Source of the DNA: Clostridia bacterium
GTDB taxonomy: Bacteria > Bacillota > Clostridia > TANB77 > CAG-508
Length of the DNA stretch: 64,000 nucleotides
NCBI GenBank assembly: GCA_045643205.1
Contig: JAZUKI010000007.1
Coordinates: 55,026-119,025 of the forward strand
Reading direction: 5' to 3'
Part shown: one piece after another, positions 19,663-27,689 of the stretch
Numbering within the stretch: the first letter of the stretch is position 1
Layout: the number at the start of each line of letters is the position of its first letter
The notes under the pieces: generated by a model
Told to the model about the DNA's origin: nothing
Database searches by the model: none
What the model saw: the letters and a program-made list of their open reading frames with translations, nothing else
Position numbers and translations under genes: made by a program

Positions 19663-21360
19663 CTATTTATTCTGTTTTATTGGACTTATTTTTTGATTTA
19701 CCATTGTCCAAATTGATGAACTTTCTCTGCCTGACTCCCAGAATGCAACACCTGCTAAATCATATTTAATAGCTATATCTAACTTATTTGAAAGTGAATC
19801 TGTGTCTTCAAGCCACATTTTATATGTATATTCATCCTTTTGATATTCAATGTAATTTTGTTTTTTATTTGAATCCCATTGTTTTTCTACACCTTCTGGA
19901 ATGATTATGCTGTTCATATTAACCGTTTCTGAACCTACTAGTTTACCGTCTTTTTCTTTCCATAATTTTGCATAGAATGGCATTGCTAATATAATTTTAT
20001 TTGCTGGGATTCCTTCTTGTCCTAAATATTTTTTAATATTTAATTCTACCCAATCTCCACCAGCTACTGTTCCTGTTGTTCCAGTATTTTCGTCGTATCC
20101 GTGGAAAATTATATAATCTGCTACTTTACCTATTGTATTTCTATCATAGCAAAGTGACCATGTATCTGATCCATCTGGTGCTAATGTTTCAACACTAATA
20201 TTTTTTCCTAAATTGTGAATTCTTGGTGTTAATTCAATAATTAATCTTGAAAACTTGTCTCTATCGGCCTTATACATGTTTTCAAAATCAATATTAATTC
20301 CATCTACATTATCTTCTTCTATTTTTTTGATAATATCATCAATTAATTTTGCTCTACTATCAAAATTCTTTAGAATTTCAGACATTTTGTCTATATTATT
20401 TAAATATGAATTTGATAGATTTGCCCAAATTTTAATTTTATGGTTATGAGCCCATTCTACATATTGTTTGCCATCTTCATTAACATTTTTAGAGATTGTT
20501 CCATCTGATCTTAAGTTATAGAATGATGGTGTTACAATATTGATTCCATCTGAAGTTGATGCTTTTCCATCAGAACTTGTTAATGGGTTGTAGTAATCAA
20601 AAAGCATTGAAACCTTGCCTTCTATATTGTTATATTTTGCACTTTCTCTAACTACTGTTCTATATTTTACTGAATTTTCAGGTACATATCCTAAATATCC
20701 ATTTATAGTTCTTATTTTTGTCCAACCATTAAATGTGACATCTTTATCTGTTGCATTGTTTTGCACTATTGAAACTTTTTCCCCATCTCTTACTGTTGTG
20801 ACAGTTCTTGAAATTACTGTTGTTCCTGATTTTACATCTTGGTTTCCAGCAATTGTTGCTTCAACATATTTTCTGCTTAATGTGTCTAGTGCTATTGTTT
20901 TGTTTTCATCAGTATATAAATAATCTGCATTGTAAATATCGGAAATAAGCAATAATGGTAAATATACTTTATCGCCTTCTTTGATAACTTTTTTATCTAT
21001 TTTTTGTTTTTTGCCATTTATATACATTTCATCTGAATCAATTGGAATCTTCGCTGTTTTAGTATTTGATGTACAAATTATATTTCCATCTTCTTCTATT
21101 ATATATTCATCTAAAAAGTTTCTAATATCTTTTATTTCCATGTAAAATTCATTATCCACAGAAATTATTGAACTTTTTAAATCACCTGTTATGTTATTAT
21201 TATTTACCATTAAATTGGTTCCAGCAATTGTTTGATTTACAAAGTTTGGTGTATACATTAATAATACAATTACAACAGCTAAATATCCCATTGTAATTAG
21301 TATTCTCTTAATTGCATGCCCCACTCTTTTTTTGCTGATTTTTGTATAAACTGCATCCAT
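19663..21360 (-). CDS. Membrane-anchored GH18 glycoside hydrolase with copper-amine-oxidase-N-like and SH3-like domains (likely peptidoglycan/spore hydrolase)
   Basis: N-terminal TM, 'KVYLPL' stalk motif, SH3-like 'WTKIRT..GYLGYV', catalytic DGINIDFE, 'KYDLAGVAFW'. Confidence 0.8.
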   Translation of the reverse strand: MDAVYTKISKKRVGHAIKRILITMGYLAVVIVLLMYTPNFVNQTIAGTNLMVNNNNITGDLKSSIISVDNEFYMEIKDIRNFLDEYIIEEDGNIICTSNTKTAKIPIDSDEMYINGKKQKIDKKVIKEGDKVYLPLLLISDIYNADYLYTDENKTIALDTLSRKYVEATIAGNQDVKSGTTVISRTVTTVRDGEKVSIVQNNATDKDVTFNGWTKIRTINGYLGYVPENSVKYRTVVRESAKYNNIEGKVSMLFDYYNPLTSSDGKASTSDGINIVTPSFYNLRSDGTISKNVNEDGKQYVEWAHNHKIKIWANLSNSYLNNIDKMSEILKNFDSRAKLIDDIIKKIEEDNVDGINIDFENMYKADRDKFSRLIIELTPRIHNLGKNISVETLAPDGSDTWSLCYDRNTIGKVADYIIFHGYDENTGTTGTVAGGDWVELNIKKYLGQEGIPANKIILAMPFYAKLWKEKDGKLVGSETVNMNSIIIPEGVEKQWDSNKKQNYIEYQKDEYTYKMWLEDTDSLSNKLDIAIKYDLAGVAFWESGRESSSIWTMVNQKISPIKQNK

Positions 21361-21507
21361 TAAATAAATTTCTCCTTATCAAAAAATATAATAGCATAAA
21401 AGTATTAATAAGTAAATTGTTAAAATTTTATATAAAAAGCAAAGAAAACATCTTAAAAAAGATGTTTTCTCATTATTTCTTATATAAAAAATAATCTAAA
21501 TAATAGA

Positions 21508-21705
21508 TTAAGCATTAACTGCTTTTGAAGAACGTAAGCATTTAGCGCATACATGCATCTTTTTATTTTCGCCATTGATTTCCATTCTTACAGTTCTTAA
21601 ATTTGGTTTCCATGTTCTTGAAGCTCTTCTAGAAACATGAGAACGTGCAATACTTATTCTATTTCCACTTGCTATTGCTTTTCCGCAAACATCACATTTT
21701 GCCAT
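21508..21705 (-). CDS. rpmB: 50S ribosomal protein L28
   Basis: MAKCDVCGK...GN..S...R.WKPNL...VCAKCLRS; terminator AGAAAACATCTT/AAGATGTTTTCT at about 21443-21470. Confidence 0.97.
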   Translation of the reverse strand: MAKCDVCGKAIASGNRISIARSHVSRRASRTWKPNLRTVRMEINGENKKMHVCAKCLRSSKAVNA

Positions 21706-21805
21706 TTTCTATGCACCTCCCTGCTTTTTTTACATGCTAGCCATATAATATTAACATAAAAGCATAATAAAATCAAGCAATTTATATAGTTTTTTTCAAA
21801 AATTT

Positions 21806-21863
21806 GGAGCCCCTATCAAAAGATAGAGACTCCGTTAGGTACTTTCCTATTTAAGAAAATACC
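21806..21863 (-). terminator. Tandem hairpins / terminator after the beta-CASP gene
   Basis: Minus strand reads GGTATTTTCTTA-AA-TAGGAAAGTACC then GGAGTCTCTATC-TTTT-GATAGGGGCTCC; both stems close fully only with G-U pairs on this strand. Confidence 0.7.
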
Positions 21864-21879
21864 ACCACCACTGACACAT
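21864..21879. repeat. 16-nt inverted repeat, downstream copy (partner at 23376-23391)
   Basis: ACCACCACTGACACAT versus the reverse complement of ATGTGTCAGCGGTGGT: 15/16 as DNA, 16/16 as minus-strand RNA. Confidence 0.9.
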
Positions 21880-21922
21880 TAAAAAAGATTACATTGTTCC
21901 TGATACTTCTATCTTTGCATCT

Positions 21923-23353
21923 CTAGAACTTACTCTTAAAGGATTTGTCGAAACCATATGCATTTATCCGAACAGCATTTTCACGATCAAGTATGAAGAT
22001 ATCTTTTGGTGATATTTCTCTTTTAACATCGCGTCCAAACTGCTCTTTGGTTTCTGCTTCGCCGTGATTGATTATTAATAACTTTATCTGACTAAATTTA
22101 GACAAATAGTCAATTAAATCATTTTCACGGATATGGCCAGAAAATTCATCTGTATATTCTACAGTAGCTTCCTTCCTAACCATTCTGCCATTAAGATAAA
22201 CATCAGTCCCATTTTCCACTTCTTTTAATCTATCTCCTACAGTACCTTCAGTACAATATCCGCTAAAGTGAATTAAAGCATCTTTCTCTTTAACGTAGTG
22301 CTGAATATAGGATGAAGCTATTCCATGTGTTCCCATTCCTGAACTGCAAAGAATAATTTTAGGTTCTTGCGAATCTTTTATTGCTCTCCGCTTTGTTTTT
22401 ATGTTCCCATCAATAAAATGGAAATTTTCAGGAAGAAACTCTACCATAGATGACTTTATACTCAAGCTTCCATTTAAAAACATCTTTGTGTAAGCTATTG
22501 CGAGTTTGCCATCCAGATAAATTGGAATCCTAGGATCTAATAGTTTTTCTTTTTGCATCTCCTTCAGAGTATACAAAACTTCCTGCACTCTGCCTAAACT
22601 GAATACAGGTATTATTACATTGCCACCTTTGTTTATCGCTCTAGCTACATTTCGCTTAAATACAGGCTGTCCTAATGTTTTCGTATCACCATATGTACTC
22701 TCTGTTATAAGAGTTACAGGTAATTCTCGAATCCATTTTGGAACACTAGTGTCTTCCAAAAACAAATTGTTTTCTTTTAAATCACCAGTAAAGAAAATAT
22801 TGATATTTTCAAAACCTTCATAGCTAATTTGTACTAAATAAGAAACGGCCCCAATAAGGTGGTTGTTTTGGATTGCAGTAACAGTTACATTTTCATGCGG
22901 CTGAAACTGTTCGCCCATGGTTATAGGCTGAAGATGGCTGATGACATTACAAATCTCACTTTCTCCATAAATTGGTTTTTCATTTTTTCCTTCTGCTGCA
23001 CTCTCTAGTATTCTACCACAATCTTCTAAAGCAAGCGGTAAAAGTTTGCAAGTATCCTGTGATGCATAATACTTCCCAGGATAACCTTTTTTTGCAAGCA
23101 ATGGCAATCGTCCTGTATGATCAACATGATTATGTGTGACCAGAACAAAAGCTAAATCGTCTGCATAAAATGGTAAAGTTTTATTAAGTTCCTGATACTT
23201 TTTTTCATGGTACAATCCACAATCAACCAGAAACTTAAACTTTTCTCCATTTGGTAATCTTACAACACAAAAAATGCAACTTCCAGTAACTTCAGGATGT
23301 AAGGCCATAATGTCACAATATAAACAACCATTTTTTTGATTATACCTACCCAT
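21923..23353 (-). CDS. MBL-fold beta-CASP ribonuclease (YSH1/TTHA0252-like)
   Basis: VTGSC, VDCG, THNHVDHTG (HxHxDH), NHLIGA, FTGDL, ESTYG, PVFSLGRVQE, SSGM, FSGH, NHGE. Confidence 0.9.
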   Translation of the reverse strand: MGRYNQKNGCLYCDIMALHPEVTGSCIFCVVRLPNGEKFKFLVDCGLYHEKKYQELNKTLPFYADDLAFVLVTHNHVDHTGRLPLLAKKGYPGKYYASQDTCKLLPLALEDCGRILESAAEGKNEKPIYGESEICNVISHLQPITMGEQFQPHENVTVTAIQNNHLIGAVSYLVQISYEGFENINIFFTGDLKENNLFLEDTSVPKWIRELPVTLITESTYGDTKTLGQPVFKRNVARAINKGGNVIIPVFSLGRVQEVLYTLKEMQKEKLLDPRIPIYLDGKLAIAYTKMFLNGSLSIKSSMVEFLPENFHFIDGNIKTKRRAIKDSQEPKIILCSSGMGTHGIASSYIQHYVKEKDALIHFSGYCTEGTVGDRLKEVENGTDVYLNGRMVRKEATVEYTDEFSGHIRENDLIDYLSKFSQIKLLIINHGEAETKEQFGRDVKREISPKDIFILDRENAVRINAYGFDKSFKSKF

Positions 23354-23375
23354 ATATTCCCTTCTCCTTTCATGT

Positions 23376-23391
23376 ATGTGTCAGCGGTGGT
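23376..23391. repeat. 16-nt inverted repeat, upstream copy in the 5' UTR (partner at 21864-21879)
   Basis: ATGTGTCAGCGGTGGT, ending about 5 nt before SD AAAGGAG on the minus strand. Confidence 0.9.
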
Positions 23392-23432
23392 ATATCAAAA
23401 AACGTAATTAGCATCAATGCTAATTGTATGTA

Positions 23433-23461
23433 AGTATACCATGAAAAGCCCGTATGCACAA
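23433..23461 (-). promoter_or_regulatory. Putative sigma-A promoter of the beta-CASP gene, overlapping the upstream terminator
   Basis: TTGTGC-17 nt-TATACT with extended TG. The -35 lies in the loop region of terminator AAAGCCCGTATG...CATACGGGCTTT. Confidence 0.6.
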
Positions 23462-23480
23462 TACATACGGGCTTTATTTA

Positions 23481-24101
23481 TTATCTTTTGCTTGATTTAT
23501 TTGGCTTTACAAAATTTCGTGTGCTGTATCTCTTTGCTGTCTTCTTTTTCATGACTGAATATCCAAATTTTCCAAGTTTTTTACCTAATGCAAAGTAACC
23601 TCCATTTGCATAAGCCATTAAATGACATTTTTCTATATCAAAACTTCCTTTATCATCTACATATTTCTCATCTACATCAATTGATAAAACTCTAGCTATA
23701 AACATAGTATGTGTTCCTAGATTCTTTGTTTCTTCTACTCTACATTCTATTGATACTGGACTTTCTTTTATTATAGGACATTTTACAAAGTTTGCTTTTT
23801 CTTTTGTTAATCCTGTTTCTTTAAATTTATCAATTTCTTTTCCAGATTTAACTCCACAAAAATCAGTTTCATATGTTAAATCTTCTGTTGTTAAATTGAT
23901 AACAAATTCTTTTGTTTCATTAATCATTGAATATGAATATCTCTCTGGTCTTACTGAAATATAAACCATTGCAGGATTTGTATTTAGTATTCCTGTCCAG
24001 GCAACTGTAAAAACATTTGCTTTTTCATATGTTCCTGTTGTAACTAATACTGCTGGAATTGGATATTCAAATGTTCCTGGTTTCCATACTACTCTTCCCA
24101 T
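23481..24101 (-). CDS. Flavin reductase family protein
   Basis: YPIPAVLVT, VAWTG, ISVRPERYS, EFVINL, DFCGVKSG, ESPVSIEC, LGTHTMFIA. Confidence 0.9.
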   Translation of the reverse strand: MGRVVWKPGTFEYPIPAVLVTTGTYEKANVFTVAWTGILNTNPAMVYISVRPERYSYSMINETKEFVINLTTEDLTYETDFCGVKSGKEIDKFKETGLTKEKANFVKCPIIKESPVSIECRVEETKNLGTHTMFIARVLSIDVDEKYVDDKGSFDIEKCHLMAYANGGYFALGKKLGKFGYSVMKKKTAKRYSTRNFVKPNKSSKR

Positions 24102-24104
24102 TTT

Positions 24105-26228
24105 TTATTCTCCTATCTTTAGATAAATATTTTTTACTTTTTTTACAACTGCTTCTGATCCACCTAATTCTTTAACATTTTCTTGCATTGCTATTATTAA
24201 GTTTCCATTTTCATCAAATGAATCAAACCAGCCAATTTCGTTGCCATCTTTATCTTCTTGACTTGCTTTTACTTCAGCTGTTCCTGTCTTTCCTGCAATT
24301 GTTTTTCCTTCTATTTTGCAAGATGTTGCTGTTCCCTTTTCTACAACTTGAACTAAATCTTGCTTTATTATTTCTGCAATTTCATTTTTAAAGATGTTCT
24401 CTTTATAGGTTTCACTTTTGCCATTTGAAAATTCAATATATGGTTTTATCATTGTTCCATTATTAGCAAATGCTGAATAAATTGATGCCATATGAATTGG
24501 ATTTACTAACATTTGTGCTTGTCCGTATCCGCTATTTGCAAGGTCTGCATCTGTTGTTATTTCACCATATGAAGATTTAGTTGTATCTTGTGCAAAATCA
24601 ATTGCTTCATTGAAGCCTATTTTATCTAACCAATTTTTAAAATTTTCTTTTTCAATTTTTAGTGCTGCTTTTGCAAAATAGATATTGTCTGAATTTATTA
24701 ATGCATTTTCTAAATTAGATTTTCCTGAATATGTATGAAGTGTTGTTATATAAAATTCTTTCCATGATGAATCTAATTGCCATCTATTCATACTTTTTCC
24801 AAAATCATCATCTTGTGAAAACGAATTACTCATCAATCCAATTGCACCTACTATCGGCTTTATTGATGATCCTGGTGCAAATGTTGCTAAATATCTATTA
24901 AACATTGGATTAGTTTTATCTTCTGATATCTTTTTCCAATCTTCATTTGATATTCCTAAACTAAATATATTGGCATCATATGATGGTGTGCTAACTGCTG
25001 ATAAAATTTCTCCTGTTTTATAATTCATATAAATTACACATCCTTGTGCATTTTTGTATTCATCATAAATTTTTTGTTGCATTTCAACATCAATTGTTAG
25101 CTTTACGTCTTGTCCTTTAACTTCGCTCTTTCTAGCTATAGTTTCTATGTTTCTTCCATCTTGATCAATATATATTTCTAGACCTTTTTGTCCTTGTAGT
25201 TTTTCATTTAGTGCTAATTCTAATCCTGCTTTTCCTTCTCCATTTTGAACATAACCAATTAAAATTGAGGTTGCTTCTTTATATGGATAATATCTTATGC
25301 TTTTTTCATTTAGCATTATTCCTGAAATTTGCAAAAGTTTTTCTTTTAAATCGATTTCTTCTCTTGATATTGTTTTCAATCTTACAAAACTATTGTCTGT
25401 TACATAGTCTTTACTCAATTCTTCATTTATATAATCTGTAGATGTCTTTAATAAATTTGAAATTATATTTATGTTTGACTTGTTAAATTTTTCAGGAACA
25501 ATTCCTACATCGTACGCTGTACTATTTTTGGCTATATATTTATCATTTCTATCTTTTATTTCACCCCTCATTGAAGAAAGAGTTTTTACACGAATTTTTC
25601 TATTACTATTTAATGATGGATAAATTAAACTTTCATCCCATACTAATTTATTATCAGATGTTATATCTACTGTTTTTTGAAAACTAATATTTCCAGCTGG
25701 AGTTTCCATGCTCATTTTGAAAGTTACTGAATTATTATTGTTAGATGCTGTGTTATTTGTTTCTTCAGTATTATTACTTTCATTCGCTACGTTATTACTG
25801 ATAATTACTGCACTAATTTTTGAAGCTTCTATTCCTTCATAAATATTTTTTAATCTTGATGTGAAATCTGCTTCGCTCATATCAGTTGAGCACATCGAAT
25901 ATGCTTTTGAGTAATCTTTGTCTGAAATTGCTTTATAATAATCTTTTACTAACTGAGCCCCTTCTGTATTATTTGTATAAATATAAGAACCTATAAAGAA
26001 ACCGACTGCTAATATAATTAATGGAAGTACTATTCGCCAATTAATTCTGAAACCTTGAGTTTCTTCATCTTTTTGAGTTTTCTTTTTTCTTGTTTTTTGT
26101 GCTTGTTGGGTGGATGATCTTGATTGTTGAATAGATGCTTTTCTTTCTGCTTTTTGTCGTTCACGCTCTTTTGCTTTTTTAGCATTCAACTTTTCTAGTT
26201 GTTTTTTCATTTCTCTCTTAGAAGTCAT
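24105..26228 (-). CDS. Class B penicillin-binding protein with MecA/NTF2-like N-terminal domain
   Basis: TM anchor, RGEIKDRN, transpeptidase motifs PGSSIK (SxxK), SDN and KTGTAE. Confidence 0.9.
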   Translation of the reverse strand: MTSKREMKKQLEKLNAKKAKERERQKAERKASIQQSRSSTQQAQKTRKKKTQKDEETQGFRINWRIVLPLIILAVGFFIGSYIYTNNTEGAQLVKDYYKAISDKDYSKAYSMCSTDMSEADFTSRLKNIYEGIEASKISAVIISNNVANESNNTEETNNTASNNNNSVTFKMSMETPAGNISFQKTVDITSDNKLVWDESLIYPSLNSNRKIRVKTLSSMRGEIKDRNDKYIAKNSTAYDVGIVPEKFNKSNINIISNLLKTSTDYINEELSKDYVTDNSFVRLKTISREEIDLKEKLLQISGIMLNEKSIRYYPYKEATSILIGYVQNGEGKAGLELALNEKLQGQKGLEIYIDQDGRNIETIARKSEVKGQDVKLTIDVEMQQKIYDEYKNAQGCVIYMNYKTGEILSAVSTPSYDANIFSLGISNEDWKKISEDKTNPMFNRYLATFAPGSSIKPIVGAIGLMSNSFSQDDDFGKSMNRWQLDSSWKEFYITTLHTYSGKSNLENALINSDNIYFAKAALKIEKENFKNWLDKIGFNEAIDFAQDTTKSSYGEITTDADLANSGYGQAQMLVNPIHMASIYSAFANNGTMIKPYIEFSNGKSETYKENIFKNEIAEIIKQDLVQVVEKGTATSCKIEGKTIAGKTGTAEVKASQEDKDGNEIGWFDSFDENGNLIIAMQENVKELGGSEAVVKKVKNIYLKIGE

Positions 26229-26387
26229 TGTTCCTCCTTTCTTATATTTTATTTGATTGAATTTATTTGATAAAAAACTTTATCTCTACATACTTTTAAT
26301 ATTTATTAACTAATTTGATGGAATTTTATCATTACTAAATAAAAAAAGCTAGAATTCAATGAATTCTAGCTTTAAATTACTAATTAA

Positions 26388-26666
26388 TTATTTTGCTTCA
26401 AATGGAAGCATAGCAATTGTTCTGCATCTGTTAACTGCAGTTGTAATATCTCTTTGATGTTTAGCGCAAGCACCAGTTGCTCTTCTTGGAAGAATTTTGC
26501 CTTTTTCGTTAACAAATTTTCTTAATTGTTCTGGATTTTTGTAATCTAGAACTAAAGCTTTATCTGCACATAAAGGACAAACTTTTTTTCTGATTCTTTT
26601 TGCTTTATAATCATCATCATAGTCTTTATTTCTATTGTTTCTTTTATTATTTTTTCTGTCTGCCAT
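26388..26666 (-). CDS. rpsR: 30S ribosomal protein S18
   Basis: DYKN...L.KFV.E.GKILPRR.TG.CAKHQR; terminator AAAGCTAGAATTC/GAATTCTAGCTTT at about 26345-26373. Confidence 0.98.
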   Translation of the reverse strand: MADRKNNKRNNRNKDYDDDYKAKRIRKKVCPLCADKALVLDYKNPEQLRKFVNEKGKILPRRATGACAKHQRDITTAVNRCRTIAMLPFEAK

Positions 26667-26693
26667 TATTTTCTCCTCCTAACTTAAATATAA

Positions 26694-27119
26694 TTAGAAT
26701 GGTAAATCGTCTCCTGATGAAACTTCAAAATCTGATGAACCATCTTCTACTGGAGCACCGTCTCCAAATGTGCTATCAAAATTATCACCATCTGAATTTT
26801 TTCTGCTGTCAGCAAAATATACTTCTTCAACAATTACTTCTGTTGTGTAACGTTTTTGACCTTGTTGATCATCCCAACTTCTTGTTTGGATTCTTCCACA
26901 AACGCCCATTTGTTGACCTTTTTTGAAATATTTGCTAACAAATTCTCCAGTTTTAGCCCAAGCAACACAATTTATAAAATCTGCTGTTTGAGTATCTCCT
27001 TCTCTAGTAAATCTTCTGTTTACTGCTAAAGTAAAAGATGCTACTAAAGTATTGTTAGATTGTGTATATCTAACTTCTGGATCTTTAGTTAATCTTCCTA
27101 TTAATTCAACTTTGTTCAT
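26694..27119 (-). CDS. ssb: Single-stranded DNA-binding protein
   Basis: MNKV.LIGRLTKDPE.RYT...DDLPF. Confidence 0.99.
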   Translation of the reverse strand: MNKVELIGRLTKDPEVRYTQSNNTLVASFTLAVNRRFTREGDTQTADFINCVAWAKTGEFVSKYFKKGQQMGVCGRIQTRSWDDQQGQKRYTTEVIVEEVYFADSRKNSDGDNFDSTFGDGAPVEDGSSDFEVSSGDDLPF

Positions 27120-27165
27120 ATTAGTACCTTACCTTTCTTTAAATAAAGCCCCTGTTTGAATGTAA

Positions 27166-27450
27166 TTATTCTTCTACTTTAATAACCATAAACTTAATGA
27201 TTTCGTCTGTGATTCTGTAGTTTCTCTCTAATTCAGCGATTAGAGCTGGAGTAGCTTCAAAATTAAATACAACATATGTTCCTTCTGTGCATTTTTTAAC
27301 TTCATAAGCAAGTTTCTTTTTGCCTAATTCATCTACCTTTGAAACTTTTCCGTTCTTATTAATCATATCTGTAAATGTTGTTTCTAGAGCTTTAACTCCT
27401 TCTTCATCTACTTCTGGATTAATAATGACAACGCTTTCATATTTGTTCAT
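27166..27450 (-). CDS. rpsF: 30S ribosomal protein S6
   Basis: MNKYE...G.KKLAYEV....G.Y; ATG 27450 after SD GGAGGTG. Confidence 0.97.
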   Translation of the reverse strand: MNKYESVVIINPEVDEEGVKALETTFTDMINKNGKVSKVDELGKKKLAYEVKKCTEGTYVVFNFEATPALIAELERNYRITDEIIKFMVIKVEE

Positions 27451-27454
27451 TATT

Positions 27455-27505
27455 TTCACCTCCTCTTGGATAATAGCCTATCAACTAGTGATAAGCAAGG
27501 CGTTA
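27455..27505 (-). promoter_or_regulatory. S6:S18-binding leader
   Basis: CCTTG-CTTATCA..TGATAGGC-TATTAT-CCAAGAGGAGG: the stem pairs into the SD, as in Firmicute rpsF leaders. Confidence 0.65.
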
Positions 27506-27648
27506 TTATTCTAACATAAAAACATTCATTTATCAAGTAATATTTGCATTTTAAGCCGATTTTCTATAAGAATTTTGGCAAAAAACAACTTGAAAACATA
27601 TCTAAAAAATTTAATTAAATATAATTTTAAATAAAACTAGTAAAAGCA

Positions 27649-27684
27649 AAAAACAACCACTTAAAATTTTTAAGTGGTTGTTTT
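27649..27684 (-). terminator. rpoD terminator
   Basis: AAAACAACCACTTAAAA-TTTTTAAGTGGTTGTTTT. Confidence 0.8.
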
Positions 27685-27689
27685 AATTT

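Noticed and set aside
21864-23391. Reading the 16-nt inverted repeat as transposon or IS terminal repeats
   Set aside because: No transposase, no target-site duplication, the promoter and terminator lie outside the repeats, and the mismatch is a G-U on the transcribed strand, which favours an RNA-level role.
12512-23475. Two terminators sharing the stem AAAGCCCGTAT...ACGGGCTT (about 12512 and 23445)
   Set aside because: Only two copies, with different loops; insufficient to call a repeat family.
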